From the IMG/VR virus record IMGVR_UViG_3300025030_000045: a DNA stretch of 64,000 nucleotides, one strand, 5' to 3'. Under the pieces are notes generated by a model. It was not told the DNA's origin and made no database searches. It saw only the letters and a list, made by a program, of their open reading frames with translations. Source of the DNA: a virus. The position numbers and the translations under genes were made by a program. Below, one piece after another: positions 47,497 through 56,887 of this stretch (positions are counted from its first letter, which is position 1; every line of letters starts with the position of its first letter).

Positions 47497-49149
47497 TTAC
47501 ATCTGAATTCTATCAACAAACCATTTTGGTAATTCATTTTTACACTGTTCTATAAAAAAAGGAAAACTACTATCAAGTACATATGTGACCGAGTGATCTT
47601 CTTCTGATCTTGTAGCTCTCCCGCTTGCTTGCATGATTTCCTTCAGCATTTGATTAACATACCATTTACCTTCTTTCATCTTCGCTTTAACCCGCGGATC
47701 AGCCATGCTTGCAAATGGGAGCTTGACTATAATCTGAAACCTAGCAAGATCGTCATCAAGACTTATACCTTCACTCATAGAAGGACTGAGCAAAACAGTT
47801 GGTGTTCTCGATTCCATGTGTTTCTTGATCAGAACATCATTCTTGATTCCGAACTTGAAGTTCACGGGGTCCATACCACGACTGAGCAATCGTGATCGGT
47901 TTCTTTTAACCCTTTTAGCAATATCATCGGTGATACGATAGTTGACGCTGTGTATGATTCCCTTTTCTGTCTTGTGATGATCCATGATGTGGTCAACAGC
48001 ATCAGCAATTTTCGGTAGTGTTGCTGTGATGTTTTGGTAGTTCATCTTACCAATGGGAAGGACGATGATCGGTGACATATCTGGAGAGAACGGAGAATCA
48101 ACTTCAATGTATTCGACTTGATCGGCCGGCAAAGCAAGCTCACGAGCAAATTCTACAGCAGAACCGATTGTTGCTGACATGAATACAAACTTGCTCGCCG
48201 ATTCCCCAATGAACTTTTGAAAAAGACCACGAGCCGAAAGAGGTGTGATAGTCAGGTGATTCTCGTCGGCATTTGATTCGACGATCCATTCTTCAAGGTC
48301 TCGACGTTCAAAGTAAATCTCGAGCTTCTTAACGACCTTATCAATATCACTGACCTTTGCACTAATCTTATTGATCTTCTCGAGGATCGGTTTAGATATG
48401 TTCTGCATCGGTGTGTTTTCATCAATGCCATTATCAGCATAAATGTTATCACGGTCCTTCGTCCACTCTGCTTTACGAGCCATGATTGCCCTCGTCATTG
48501 AAACAAGAACCTTCATATCCTCATTCTTTGACCCGTTGAAGAACCATGTCAGATCAGAAATACCGTACCGCTCTTTTAGTTCTGCCGGTTTGAGTATGAT
48601 CTCCGCAAATCCAACAAGATAACCTTCAAGGGCATGGGCTTCGTCCATGATACAAACTTCACGGGGTGTAACTTGCTTCTCGTCAGATAGTGGACCACAC
48701 AATCGGGCAAAGAGATAGTATGCATAGTTGGTCAGCATCACGGGTGCTTCCATTGCCTTGTTTCGTTGATTGATATACGGACACACTTGACGAGCTTGAC
48801 ACTGCCTGATGATCTGCGGCATTGCTGCACAGGGAGCAGATTCGCATGTCATCAGTTGATTAATACCGCACTTATAATTTCCCTTACCGCGAAGGTCAAC
48901 AACACCCCCGGGATTCTTGTACTGATCTTGAAGTTGTTTAGAGGAAGTGATGATGTGGGCATTGCGAGCTGACTCAGCAATTGCCTGTGCAATGAACTGC
49001 TTTCCGACGCCCACCGGCGCGCTTAATAACACAAATCGTTTTCCGGAATTTAATGCATTTATTATCTTTGTAATAGATTCAATTTGTATTTGACGTGGGG
49101 TCAGATTGTTCTTCTTGAAAAAATTCATGCCTTTTTTGTAGTCCAACAT
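47497..49149 (-). CDS. DinG/XPD-family SF2 helicase (Fe-S type)
   Basis: R..Q, AP.G.GK, LQ.Q, G..NY.C plus Cys cluster, DEAH, MSAT, EG.SL, KLPF, Q..GR..R...D. Confidence 0.9.
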   Translation of the reverse strand: MLDYKKGMNFFKKNNLTPRQIQIESITKIINALNSGKRFVLLSAPVGVGKQFIAQAIAESARNAHIITSSKQLQDQYKNPGGVVDLRGKGNYKCGINQLMTCESAPCAAMPQIIRQCQARQVCPYINQRNKAMEAPVMLTNYAYYLFARLCGPLSDEKQVTPREVCIMDEAHALEGYLVGFAEIILKPAELKERYGISDLTWFFNGSKNEDMKVLVSMTRAIMARKAEWTKDRDNIYADNGIDENTPMQNISKPILEKINKISAKVSDIDKVVKKLEIYFERRDLEEWIVESNADENHLTITPLSARGLFQKFIGESASKFVFMSATIGSAVEFARELALPADQVEYIEVDSPFSPDMSPIIVLPIGKMNYQNITATLPKIADAVDHIMDHHKTEKGIIHSVNYRITDDIAKRVKRNRSRLLSRGMDPVNFKFGIKNDVLIKKHMESRTPTVLLSPSMSEGISLDDDLARFQIIVKLPFASMADPRVKAKMKEGKWYVNQMLKEIMQASGRATRSEEDHSVTYVLDSSFPFFIEQCKNELPKWFVDRIQM

Positions 49150-50017
49150 ATTTTTCAAATCTTCCTTTATTATGCTCGCTTAAATTAATTCTTCCGGCAA
49201 TAAAATCTTCAGCCAATTCTGTCTTGTATGTTGGAAAATCCTTTTCGGTTAAAACTTTAAATCTTTCCCTATATAAATTAATTGCTGCGGCGAATTTCAA
49301 TTTATTATCATCCGAATTAATTAATCGTGATGGTTTTATTTCTATAATCTCCCCCGTACCCAAGACATAATCCGGGTAGTAGTTTCTCTTACAACCATCT
49401 TTTTCATATTCAACTCGATATTCCTTAGACTCCCCAGAAACAAACGGAATCTTTATTGTAACAAGATGTTTGATGAATGTCAATTCAAGAGTGCTTCGAA
49501 AATGAAAACCCTCATACATTCCGGATATACCTCGACCAGAACCAACCGGGGCGGCTTTACCAAACATATGATTTTTTTCTCCGCATCGAGACAACTTCTT
49601 CTTTATTAAATCCCCCTTTTCTTTTCCATATTGTTCATCATATGTTTTTCCTATGCGTTTTGCGTTTGCAATATGTTGTCCGGGGCCGTTAAATTTCCCC
49701 CCAAAATTTGAGGCCCTTTCACCAACATACAATTTTAGTTTTTCCCTTGCCTTATTTGCTTTCTCTGTGCCGAGAATTTCTTCAAATGTTTTCCCTTTAC
49801 GCCTTGATGAATTCGCTATATTGGCGGCTGCACTTCGACAACCACCACACAAATCCTTATGATGTTTTTCCCTATTATTTCTTACACAATTATATGAAGA
49901 ATTAAAAACATGTTTACATTTGTCGCAACACACGTCAATGAGCTGCATTCCCCTGAAACCATCTTTTGAACGCCATCCTCTTCTATCTTTACAAATTTCT
50001 AGCTCCGTTAAAATCAT
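49079..50017 (-). mobile_element. free-standing homing endonuclease, paralogue of 39388..40209
   Basis: KGKT.EEI.G.E, GEKN.MFGK, GSG.G.SG, FRS.LEL, NYYPD, EIKP, LTE; 3' end overlaps the helicase start. Confidence 0.82.
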
Positions 50018-50081
50018 AAGTGCATCTCCTGTGATTGGCTTTTATTTTATTTATAAAAAGTATACACGATCGTGCACTTAT
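50016..50081 (-). promoter_or_regulatory. late promoter TATAAATA (50048-50055) inside a start-sequestering stem
   Basis: ataagtgca/tgcacttat 9-bp inverted repeat overlapping the ATG. Confidence 0.6.
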
Positions 50082-50113
50082 TGGTGTTTAATTTGACATT
50101 CGTTTTTTATCCT

Positions 50114-50812
50114 TTATTTGAGTTTATCCATTGGGTGTTTGCCAACAGAGTACAGAATGTCATTCGTTAAGTCAAGCGCCGTCAATCGTCCACCAAACAC
50201 AACACCGGTGTCAAGACCTATACGACGCTCGTCAATGTGTGGCCATGTTCCTGGTGTGTGGCCGTGCACTACGATCTTGTCCCACTTACATTTTGACTCA
50301 AGAAAGTCAGCACGAATCCACATCTTATCTTGATCGTTTTGATCTTTGAGTTCGATCGTTGGGTAAAGCCCGGCATGAACAAAAATGTAATCGTCTGTTT
50401 CAAAATGAGTTGGGAGTTCATCTAAAAACTTTCTATGAGAATCCGGTAATATAAATTTCACCCCACCCATTTCAAATTCTTCACCGACGACCGGTGGTGT
50501 TTCTTTGACCGTGTATGAATCAACCGTCATGGTCCCACCATTATAGAGAAACAACCCCTCTTGATATCTGTCCCCGGCAAGTGCTCGTATAAACATATCC
50601 TCGTGGTTGCCCTTCAGACAAACCATGTTTGGATAGGTGCGTTTCATATCAATCAGTGCCTCAATGACACCACTCGAACGAAGTCCGCGGTCAATATAAT
50701 CCCCAAGAAAAACAATGACATCGTTCGTCTTTGGTTTGATTAAACCTAGTAATTTTGCAAGTGAGTAGAGACAGCCGTGTACATCGCCGATTGGAATAAT
50801 TCTTTGTTTCAT
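50114..50812 (-). CDS. metallophosphoesterase (Ser/Thr phosphatase family)
   Basis: GDVHG, LGDYIDRG, GNHE, FVHAG, HGHTP, DTG. Confidence 0.93.
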   Translation of the reverse strand: MKQRIIPIGDVHGCLYSLAKLLGLIKPKTNDVIVFLGDYIDRGLRSSGVIEALIDMKRTYPNMVCLKGNHEDMFIRALAGDRYQEGLFLYNGGTMTVDSYTVKETPPVVGEEFEMGGVKFILPDSHRKFLDELPTHFETDDYIFVHAGLYPTIELKDQNDQDKMWIRADFLESKCKWDKIVVHGHTPGTWPHIDERRIGLDTGVVFGGRLTALDLTNDILYSVGKHPMDKLK

Positions 50813-50831
50813 TTTGATGATCTCCAATAAT

Positions 50832-51227
50832 TTAATATGTGTTTTTTCGTAATTCTTCGATTTGATTTTCGAGAGAATCAATTTCGTCCTTTAATGAACC
50901 AACCTGATCTTTGAGATCTTCAATTTCGTCGCCATTATTAGAAATTGTGTCTTCGAGCTTCCAGGATGCCTCTTCTAAATCAGCGCCCCATTCACGCAGG
51001 TTATGATTCGCTTCTCGTATTTCTTCAAGGGCCGACTTATTTCCACTAATAAGATCATTCAATCGGTCGGCGGCCTCTGATAACATTTTCATAATATCAT
51101 TCGGCGTCATTGACATGAAATCGGATTCGAGTAATTGAAGGTCTTCTACCGTTGATTTGATTTCATGTATAACCGAATTGATGTCTGGACATGTAAATGG
51201 CACCGGGCACGTCGTTCTTCTTGCCAT
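50832..51227 (-). CDS. acidic coiled-coil protein
   Basis: GGAGG RBS; TCP.I, E.IR.AN..LR.W. Confidence 0.65.
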   Translation of the reverse strand: MARRTTCPVPFTCPDINSVIHEIKSTVEDLQLLESDFMSMTPNDIMKMLSEAADRLNDLISGNKSALEEIREANHNLREWGADLEEASWKLEDTISNNGDEIEDLKDQVGSLKDEIDSLENQIEELRKNTY

Positions 51228-51258
51228 AAAACAACCTCCTTGATTGGATAAGAGGTGT

Positions 51259-51287
51259 ATTTTAATACATTAGACGATGAATGTCAA
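51259..51287 (-). promoter_or_regulatory. early promoter
   Basis: TTGACA-17-TAAAAT. Confidence 0.75.
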
Positions 51288-51299
51288 TAAGAATGAACA

Positions 51300-51791
51300 T
51301 TAACCCCAAATTAAGTTGATCGGTATGATGTCAAGAATATGATAATCTGATAAAGGGCGATGATCTTCGACGTCAGGGTTGGGGTCTCTAACCGATGAAC
51401 CATCCCAGAACACAGCGTGAAGTCCACTTTCATACTTTTCACTCCGCACCGTCAACATCGCCGGAGAATCCATTGACAACTTTAAGTACAATGTATCGCC
51501 GATGGCGGCGCCATTCACCCCACCGTCATAGTAGTTAGTGTAGGCCGGTTTTAATTCGGGATAGGTGCCGACCATGTAACCACACTTTACCATAAAGGCA
51601 ATCATTTCCTTTAGATAGAAACCCCGAGATGACCCATCATGTCCACAGTGTTCAAAGATATCTGTTATCGGAGAGTGTGTTGCCATTGCAATGACGGCCG
51701 CAACACAACTACATTTCGTTGGCTGTGTCACCCTTTCTTTTAAAACCGATTTTGCCAATTGGCGAACCGTTGATGTTTTTATTTTTCGCAT
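51300..51791 (-). CDS. papain-like (C39-like) peptidase domain protein
   Basis: Q.....C..A..AM, HAV.WDG....DP. Confidence 0.55.
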   Translation of the reverse strand: MRKIKTSTVRQLAKSVLKERVTQPTKCSCVAAVIAMATHSPITDIFEHCGHDGSSRGFYLKEMIAFMVKCGYMVGTYPELKPAYTNYYDGGVNGAAIGDTLYLKLSMDSPAMLTVRSEKYESGLHAVFWDGSSVRDPNPDVEDHRPLSDYHILDIIPINLIWG

Positions 51792-52219
51792 TGATCGACA
51801 TCCTCAATTTTATATTCATGCATGATGTATGTTTTAACAAACCCGACTTTCTCTTTAACAACAATCATCACTTCATTTTCTATCCCAGTACCAGAGCGAA
51901 GTGATTTAATATCCCGGGACCGCGCTTCTTCATTCAAACAACCGAGCATTGCTTTGTAGATGCCTTTGTTCCTATGTTCTTCTTTTACATATGCCAAGTT
52001 TATCCAAATATAATCAGCTTCTGTTTCAAAGAACACCATGATACCAACAACCTCATTTCCGATTGTTGCGGAAATCACCTCATTAATGTCTATCACTAAT
52101 CCTTTGTCGGCAAGATTCTTAGACATAAGATCGGCATAACCATATAATACAAGGGCATATACATCCGTTGGACACTTGCTAAATTTTGAGTGATGGTTAA
52201 CAACGATTTCTTCAGACAT
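51779..52219 (-). CDS. GNAT acetyltransferase
   Basis: YV...HR.KGI, N..M.....K.GF. Confidence 0.8.
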   Translation of the reverse strand: MSEEIVVNHHSKFSKCPTDVYALVLYGYADLMSKNLADKGLVIDINEVISATIGNEVVGIMVFFETEADYIWINLAYVKEEHRNKGIYKAMLGCLNEEARSRDIKSLRSGTGIENEVMIVVKEKVGFVKTYIMHEYKIEDVDQCEK

Positions 52220-52242
52220 TAGTTTAACCTTTCTTTAATTGA

Positions 52243-52274
52243 ACTGGGTGGTTCTGAATTCAGAACCACCCAGT
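52243..52274. terminator. perfect 32-bp palindrome after nrdJ
   Basis: actgggtggttctgaa|ttcagaaccacccagt. Confidence 0.7.
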
Positions 52275-52280
52275 GTTGTG

Positions 52281-54110
52281 TTAACCGCACTTTGTCCAAC
52301 TACATGTTTTACAGATCGGACAACCCTCTGACATTTTGAATTCATGACCGCCGCATTCGGGACATGTCATTTCAGCCATCAGATCATCTTCATCGATAAA
52401 ATTCGCAATGAATTTTTTGATTCTGAAAATAAAAGAACCGATCGGTAGATCAAGTGTATCAAGAGTTTTAATAATGTCAATGATTGGTATGTTATGACGA
52501 AGCAATAAGCTCAGCGTCCTTGCGATCTTTGTAACATTTGTGTTACCGATCATCTTTGAATCGTTATCATCAATGATATGTGGAGCAATACCGGCATTCT
52601 TTGCAATTTCCGTTAGCGCCTCAATACAAGCATGGGTATTGACATCAGGCTCGCGGTTATTTGTCTGTACGAAGATAGCGAAGGGGCGTTTCATTTCGTG
52701 ATCTTTGAATGCAGCCGAAACATACCACTTTTTACCTTCGGACTTGATCTTGTAACCCTTCATCGGATATTCATCTGGGAGCGAAACATCATCAAGGAAA
52801 ATATGTCCATCCTGGTGATCTTTCCACGAATCAAAAAATTCATGCTGTTGCATTTTGATTGAACTTCCATCATTACTCTTTTTCGTTTCAAGTACCGACA
52901 TCATGGTACCTTCACGGTAGGTTGTGATACCCCTTACGCCGTCCCGCCACATCTTACGGAATAATTGGTCAAACTCTTCATAAGGATAATCAGCACGAAG
53001 GTTAACAGTCTTGGAAATAGAGTTATCGATGTGTGAGGAGAAGATGGTAAACGGGTCAATGTGTTCTTCAACGGTGAGGTCCATTGCCGTCGTGAATGCG
53101 CCATTGGCTTTATATCTTTCCATCTCTTCAACTGAAAGATTCTCTTTACACCACAACCAACCAAAGTCCATACATTCCGTCTTCTTGACGAGACCACGAT
53201 TTTTGTCAAAGTAATAATTGCGGCATGTTGACATCAGTACATCGTCATCGCCAACTTTTTCTGCAACGAAGTCTTTCGTTTCAAACCATTCACCCTTTGT
53301 CACATCAGGGTAAGCCAGTCCTCTTAGTTCCTCATGTATCTTATAGGTAATAGTTACCCAACGAATGTAGTCAAGATCAAAGACTGGCTCAATTCCACCT
53401 GATACAAGCCCCATAAGAATTCCCGTAGTTCCCGTCGGCGCGGCGGTTAGCAGTTGGGAGTTACGAAGACCATAATGACGAATTGCATCAAGAGTGTTCT
53501 TTGTAAGAACGCCCGAATTTTTGACGAACCCACCGTTAAAAATTAGATCTACATCAAAGAGTTTAAATGAACCTTTCTCCTTAGCAAGCATGGCCGATGC
53601 ATGATAGGCCGCATTTGCATATGTTGCCATTAGTTGTTGTGTGAATGCGTTTGCATCCCGTGATCCATACTTGAAACCCATCATCATCAACAGAGAACCG
53701 TAACCGAGGAGACCACAACCGATCTTACGGCGAAGTTGTGCCGATGCCTCGATTCCCGGGAGCGGATAACCAGAAACATCAATGATAGAGTCAAGTGAAC
53801 GGACGAGGAGAGCAATATCGGCCGCATATGTTTCCCAGTCAAATCCTTTATTCTTATCATAGTACATTGGTACATTGATATGCCCGAGGTTACAGATATC
53901 ACCAAGGTGATCATAGATGACGCCGTCAATCTCGACAATACCGGCATCAGCCAACATTGCTATCTCTCCGCAATTATGAACTAATATATTATTAGCAAAA
54001 AAGTTATGATTTGTTGTTGTTTGAATATCATAGACATCCTGATTTTCAATGACGGTTATTCTTTTAATTCGTTTTCTAATTACTTTAGCAGGATTCGTTC
54101 CTGTTTCCAT
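52281..54110 (-). CDS. nrdJ: class II ribonucleotide reductase, C-terminal fragment, preceded by split intein C-half
   Basis: HN|CGEI, CNLG, RR.IG.G, RN......APTGT, GIEP, ISKTVN, G.T.YR; C-terminal CPECG..EGC..C..C....CG; GAGGAG RBS. Confidence 0.92.
   Translation of the reverse strand: METGTNPAKVIRKRIKRITVIENQDVYDIQTTTNHNFFANNILVHNCGEIAMLADAGIVEIDGVIYDHLGDICNLGHINVPMYYDKNKGFDWETYAADIALLVRSLDSIIDVSGYPLPGIEASAQLRRKIGCGLLGYGSLLMMMGFKYGSRDANAFTQQLMATYANAAYHASAMLAKEKGSFKLFDVDLIFNGGFVKNSGVLTKNTLDAIRHYGLRNSQLLTAAPTGTTGILMGLVSGGIEPVFDLDYIRWVTITYKIHEELRGLAYPDVTKGEWFETKDFVAEKVGDDDVLMSTCRNYYFDKNRGLVKKTECMDFGWLWCKENLSVEEMERYKANGAFTTAMDLTVEEHIDPFTIFSSHIDNSISKTVNLRADYPYEEFDQLFRKMWRDGVRGITTYREGTMMSVLETKKSNDGSSIKMQQHEFFDSWKDHQDGHIFLDDVSLPDEYPMKGYKIKSEGKKWYVSAAFKDHEMKRPFAIFVQTNNREPDVNTHACIEALTEIAKNAGIAPHIIDDNDSKMIGNTNVTKIARTLSLLLRHNIPIIDIIKTLDTLDLPIGSFIFRIKKFIANFIDEDDLMAEMTCPECGGHEFKMSEGCPICKTCSWTKCG
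53973..54110 (-). mobile_element. split intein C-fragment (46 aa)
   Basis: VYDI....NHNFFAN.ILVHN followed by Cys+1; basic KRIKR segment. Confidence 0.93.
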
Positions 54111-54835
54111 ATTTTAAGCTCCTCGTGATAATTTTTACAATATTTAGATATGTCGTGTATAACGATCATTTTAATGTTAGGATAGTCCTTCTTCATCAAA
54201 TCAATTTTATACATTCTATTCTTAAAAAAACCCTTAACCTCGACGATGTATAGAAGTTGACCATTATCATCAAAAATTGAAAAATCGGGGCGGTAACTTT
54301 CACCGCTTGATAAATGAAAGTGTTCTCCTTCAAACTCCCAATTAATGTTTTTATCATCAATCCATTTTGCATAAATGAATTCCCATGTAGATCTTAACCA
54401 TACGAATTGGCCATTTTTCCTTTTAAAATATCCCTGTATTCCTTTTGACGTAGATGCATGCATCTCTGGTATTCTGTTTGTCCAATCATACCAAGGATTC
54501 TTATTGCCTTTAACACGAGCACTACGGAATTCATCTGTTTTTGATGTCGATATGTCATAACCACGTCTGATATCTATTTCTAAATAGACGAATAATGATC
54601 GTATTCTAGAATATGTAAGGCCGATTTCCCTAGCGATAACTTTTAAACCATATCCATCATCATATACACTTTTTAGATATTTTATCGTTTCTTCTGTGGG
54701 GCGTTTTGTATCAACCAGTGCCTGTTTTCTTTTTGCCTTTGGATACGAAACTACATTTTTATAAAATTTAATCAATTCATCTTTATGTGTTGTATCAAAG
54801 TCAAATCTAAGTGTATCTTTATTCCATGGATTCAT
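54080..54835 (-). mobile_element. free-standing endonuclease between the intein halves
   Basis: G.KNPW, G.QGY, LRSTWE..YA...D, YRPDF, VEVKG; HTH-like IAREIG. Confidence 0.85.
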
Positions 54836-54870
54836 AAATACTCCTTTTTAGAAATATTTATAAATCCATG
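54825..54870 (-). promoter_or_regulatory. late promoter TATAAATA in the 5' arm of a 16-bp hairpin covering the AUG
   Basis: On the - strand catggatttataaata pairs with tatttatgaatccatg (one G-U); AAGGAG lies in the loop. Confidence 0.75.
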
Positions 54871-54884
54871 TGGTTTTTTGATAT

Positions 54885-55190
54885 TTAATCTACAAGCAGT
54901 AAAATATCGTCATCGTTTAATAATGCCGCCTCGACGTAACCGCGATTTTCCGTAAACACTTTATGGTCTGGTGTTAATTCAAGAATCATGTCATCATCCA
55001 ACTCAATTTTAATAACATCCGTGTTATTTCTTGTTTTATCAGCAAATACGATGTTTTCGTATTCAAGACAAAGTGTTTCGGTGTTCATTGTTAATGCTTT
55101 AAATTTATCACCAGCTTTATAACGATCACATAATTCTTGGATTGTAATATCGCCACCATCAGTCTTAACAACGGTGTTCCCAACAACACA
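54885..55190 (-). mobile_element. split intein N-fragment (101 aa)
   Basis: Block A CVVGNT.V, block B LT.DH.V.T..RG...A..L, acidic C-terminus, stop codon. Confidence 0.93.
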
Positions 55191-56099
55191 GGGATTAGTT
55201 CCGGTTACTTTCTGATAATAAATGAGATTATTAAAACGATTTGCGCTATCGATGAAATAGATACCGGGTTCATTGCGTGTATATGTATTTTTGAGAAGAA
55301 GTTCCCAGAGATCGCATGCCTTTATTGTTTTGTAAACATATTTCGGAAGTCCAGCCTCTTCCCATTTATCAAAATCACCATCCCACAGCTCGTCATATTT
55401 TTCATAACGGATATCGGGGAACCATAGTTCCCAGTCATCATCGGCAGCGACGGCTTCCATAAATTTATCGGTGACGATAACTGACATATTGAATTTCGTC
55501 AGACGACCAGGAATCTTCTTGGCCTCGATGAAATCAATGATCTCGGGGTGGCGGCAATCAAGCATCGCCATTTGTGCACCCTTGCGGATTTTCTTTTTTG
55601 TTGGTTTCCCGTCATCTTGGTGTAATTCACCGGAATCACCACGAGTAATGACGTCTGCACTGACATTATAAATGTCCATGAATGAAACAACACCCGGGGT
55701 CCCGACACGTACACCTTTGATGAGTGTACCACGTGGCCGAATATGGTTGAAGTTAAAACCGATCCCACCTTCTGTTTTCAAAATCTCCGCGGCATTCAGA
55801 AGATCGGTGAAGATTCCCTGAATAGAGTCATAAGGTTTTTTTGCTCTTTGTGCACCGTAGCAGTTGAACGAGTTCGTTTTACCGTATGATGTATTTGTGT
55901 TAGCAATAACACGACCACCAAAGGAGATGCGGCGGGACATCATTGCATCAAATAATGCTTGCTGCATTACGGGACCGCCATCATGGAGAATACCACTAGC
56001 AAGTCGCCACATCATTCCTTCGATTGTTTCACCGTTGAACCGATAGTGATCACTCCAAATATCATGCTGAAACTCATTAATAAAAAAATTCAAATTCAT
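54885..56099 (-). CDS. nrdJ: class II ribonucleotide reductase, N-terminal fragment, ending in split intein N-half
   Basis: GGR, NC, GGIG.....IRP, R.GA.M, HP.I..FI..K, FN.SV, EPG..F.D, TNP|C. Confidence 0.92.
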   Translation of the reverse strand: MNLNFFINEFQHDIWSDHYRFNGETIEGMMWRLASGILHDGGPVMQQALFDAMMSRRISFGGRVIANTNTSYGKTNSFNCYGAQRAKKPYDSIQGIFTDLLNAAEILKTEGGIGFNFNHIRPRGTLIKGVRVGTPGVVSFMDIYNVSADVITRGDSGELHQDDGKPTKKKIRKGAQMAMLDCRHPEIIDFIEAKKIPGRLTKFNMSVIVTDKFMEAVAADDDWELWFPDIRYEKYDELWDGDFDKWEEAGLPKYVYKTIKACDLWELLLKNTYTRNEPGIYFIDSANRFNNLIYYQKVTGTNPCVVGNTVVKTDGGDITIQELCDRYKAGDKFKALTMNTETLCLEYENIVFADKTRNNTDVIKIELDDDMILELTPDHKVFTENRGYVEAALLNDDDILLLVD

Positions 56100-56111
56100 G
56101 TAGTGCTCCTA

Positions 56112-56408
56112 TTATTTTCTGTTGGCTTCTCGATCAGCGCGGACATAATCTTTTGCTATCTCTTCAATTCGTTTCTCACCGTCAAGATTCTTATCGGTCT
56201 CCATGTCGGTGATTCCATATTCTTGATCGGACCAACCATTGCCCTTTAATTTAAAACGAAATTGGTTTGGTATTTCCTGAGACATTGTACTTCCGCATTT
56301 TTCACAACGAATGTTTTTCTTTAATTCGTCATGATCTCGCATAGGCACAATGCGTTCGACGGGATTCTTACACTCCTCCCGGTCGCATACAAAAACGTAT
56401 GATGGCAT
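56112..56408 (-). CDS. FmdB-like zinc-ribbon protein
   Basis: MP.Y.F.C...C, C..CG, F.LKG.GW. Confidence 0.8.
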   Translation of the reverse strand: MPSYVFVCDREECKNPVERIVPMRDHDELKKNIRCEKCGSTMSQEIPNQFRFKLKGNGWSDQEYGITDMETDKNLDGEKRIEEIAKDYVRADREANRK

Positions 56409-56444
56409 GTGGTGCTCCTTGTAGTGGGGTATTTGTTTGAAAAA

Positions 56445-56882
56445 TTATCCGAGAAGGATAAAGGTGGGTTTTTGGTTGTTCATTGTTAGGAGATTGTAGA
56501 TTGTAACGGCGGGGATGATTCTGAATACTGCTTGTGGTTCGTCGATGTAAACCTTATTAAGCGGTTTGATATATTTTACATCAACGTCAAGATCTCTAAC
56601 ACAAACGACCGATGATGATAGATCACGTCCGATTTCCCTGGCAGATGCTTCGTTGAATGTTATGACAAGGTCATGTGGGCCAGCATGCTGTCTGATGTAT
56701 GATGATTTACCTGTCTGCCGACCAATATCGACTTTGACGGTGCAGCACTCCATTGCATATAAACCCGGTGATAGAAGATCTTCTATCTTCGATGAAAATG
56801 CCTCTCTGTACTTTTTGTTGAGATCGATGAGGGAGTCTATTACTACATGATACTCCTTTTGAATTTCTTCTGGTACATTCAT
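56445..56882 (-). CDS. small P-loop-containing protein
   Basis: GRQTGKS and YIDE. Confidence 0.55.
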   Translation of the reverse strand: MNVPEEIQKEYHVVIDSLIDLNKKYREAFSSKIEDLLSPGLYAMECCTVKVDIGRQTGKSSYIRQHAGPHDLVITFNEASAREIGRDLSSSVVCVRDLDVDVKYIKPLNKVYIDEPQAVFRIIPAVTIYNLLTMNNQKPTFILLG

Positions 56883-56887
56883 AATTA

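Noticed and set aside
54080-54885. Group I intron interrupting nrdJ
   Set aside because: Only ~50 nt of non-coding sequence, no room for a ribozyme core, and both intein halves have their own stop/start signals.
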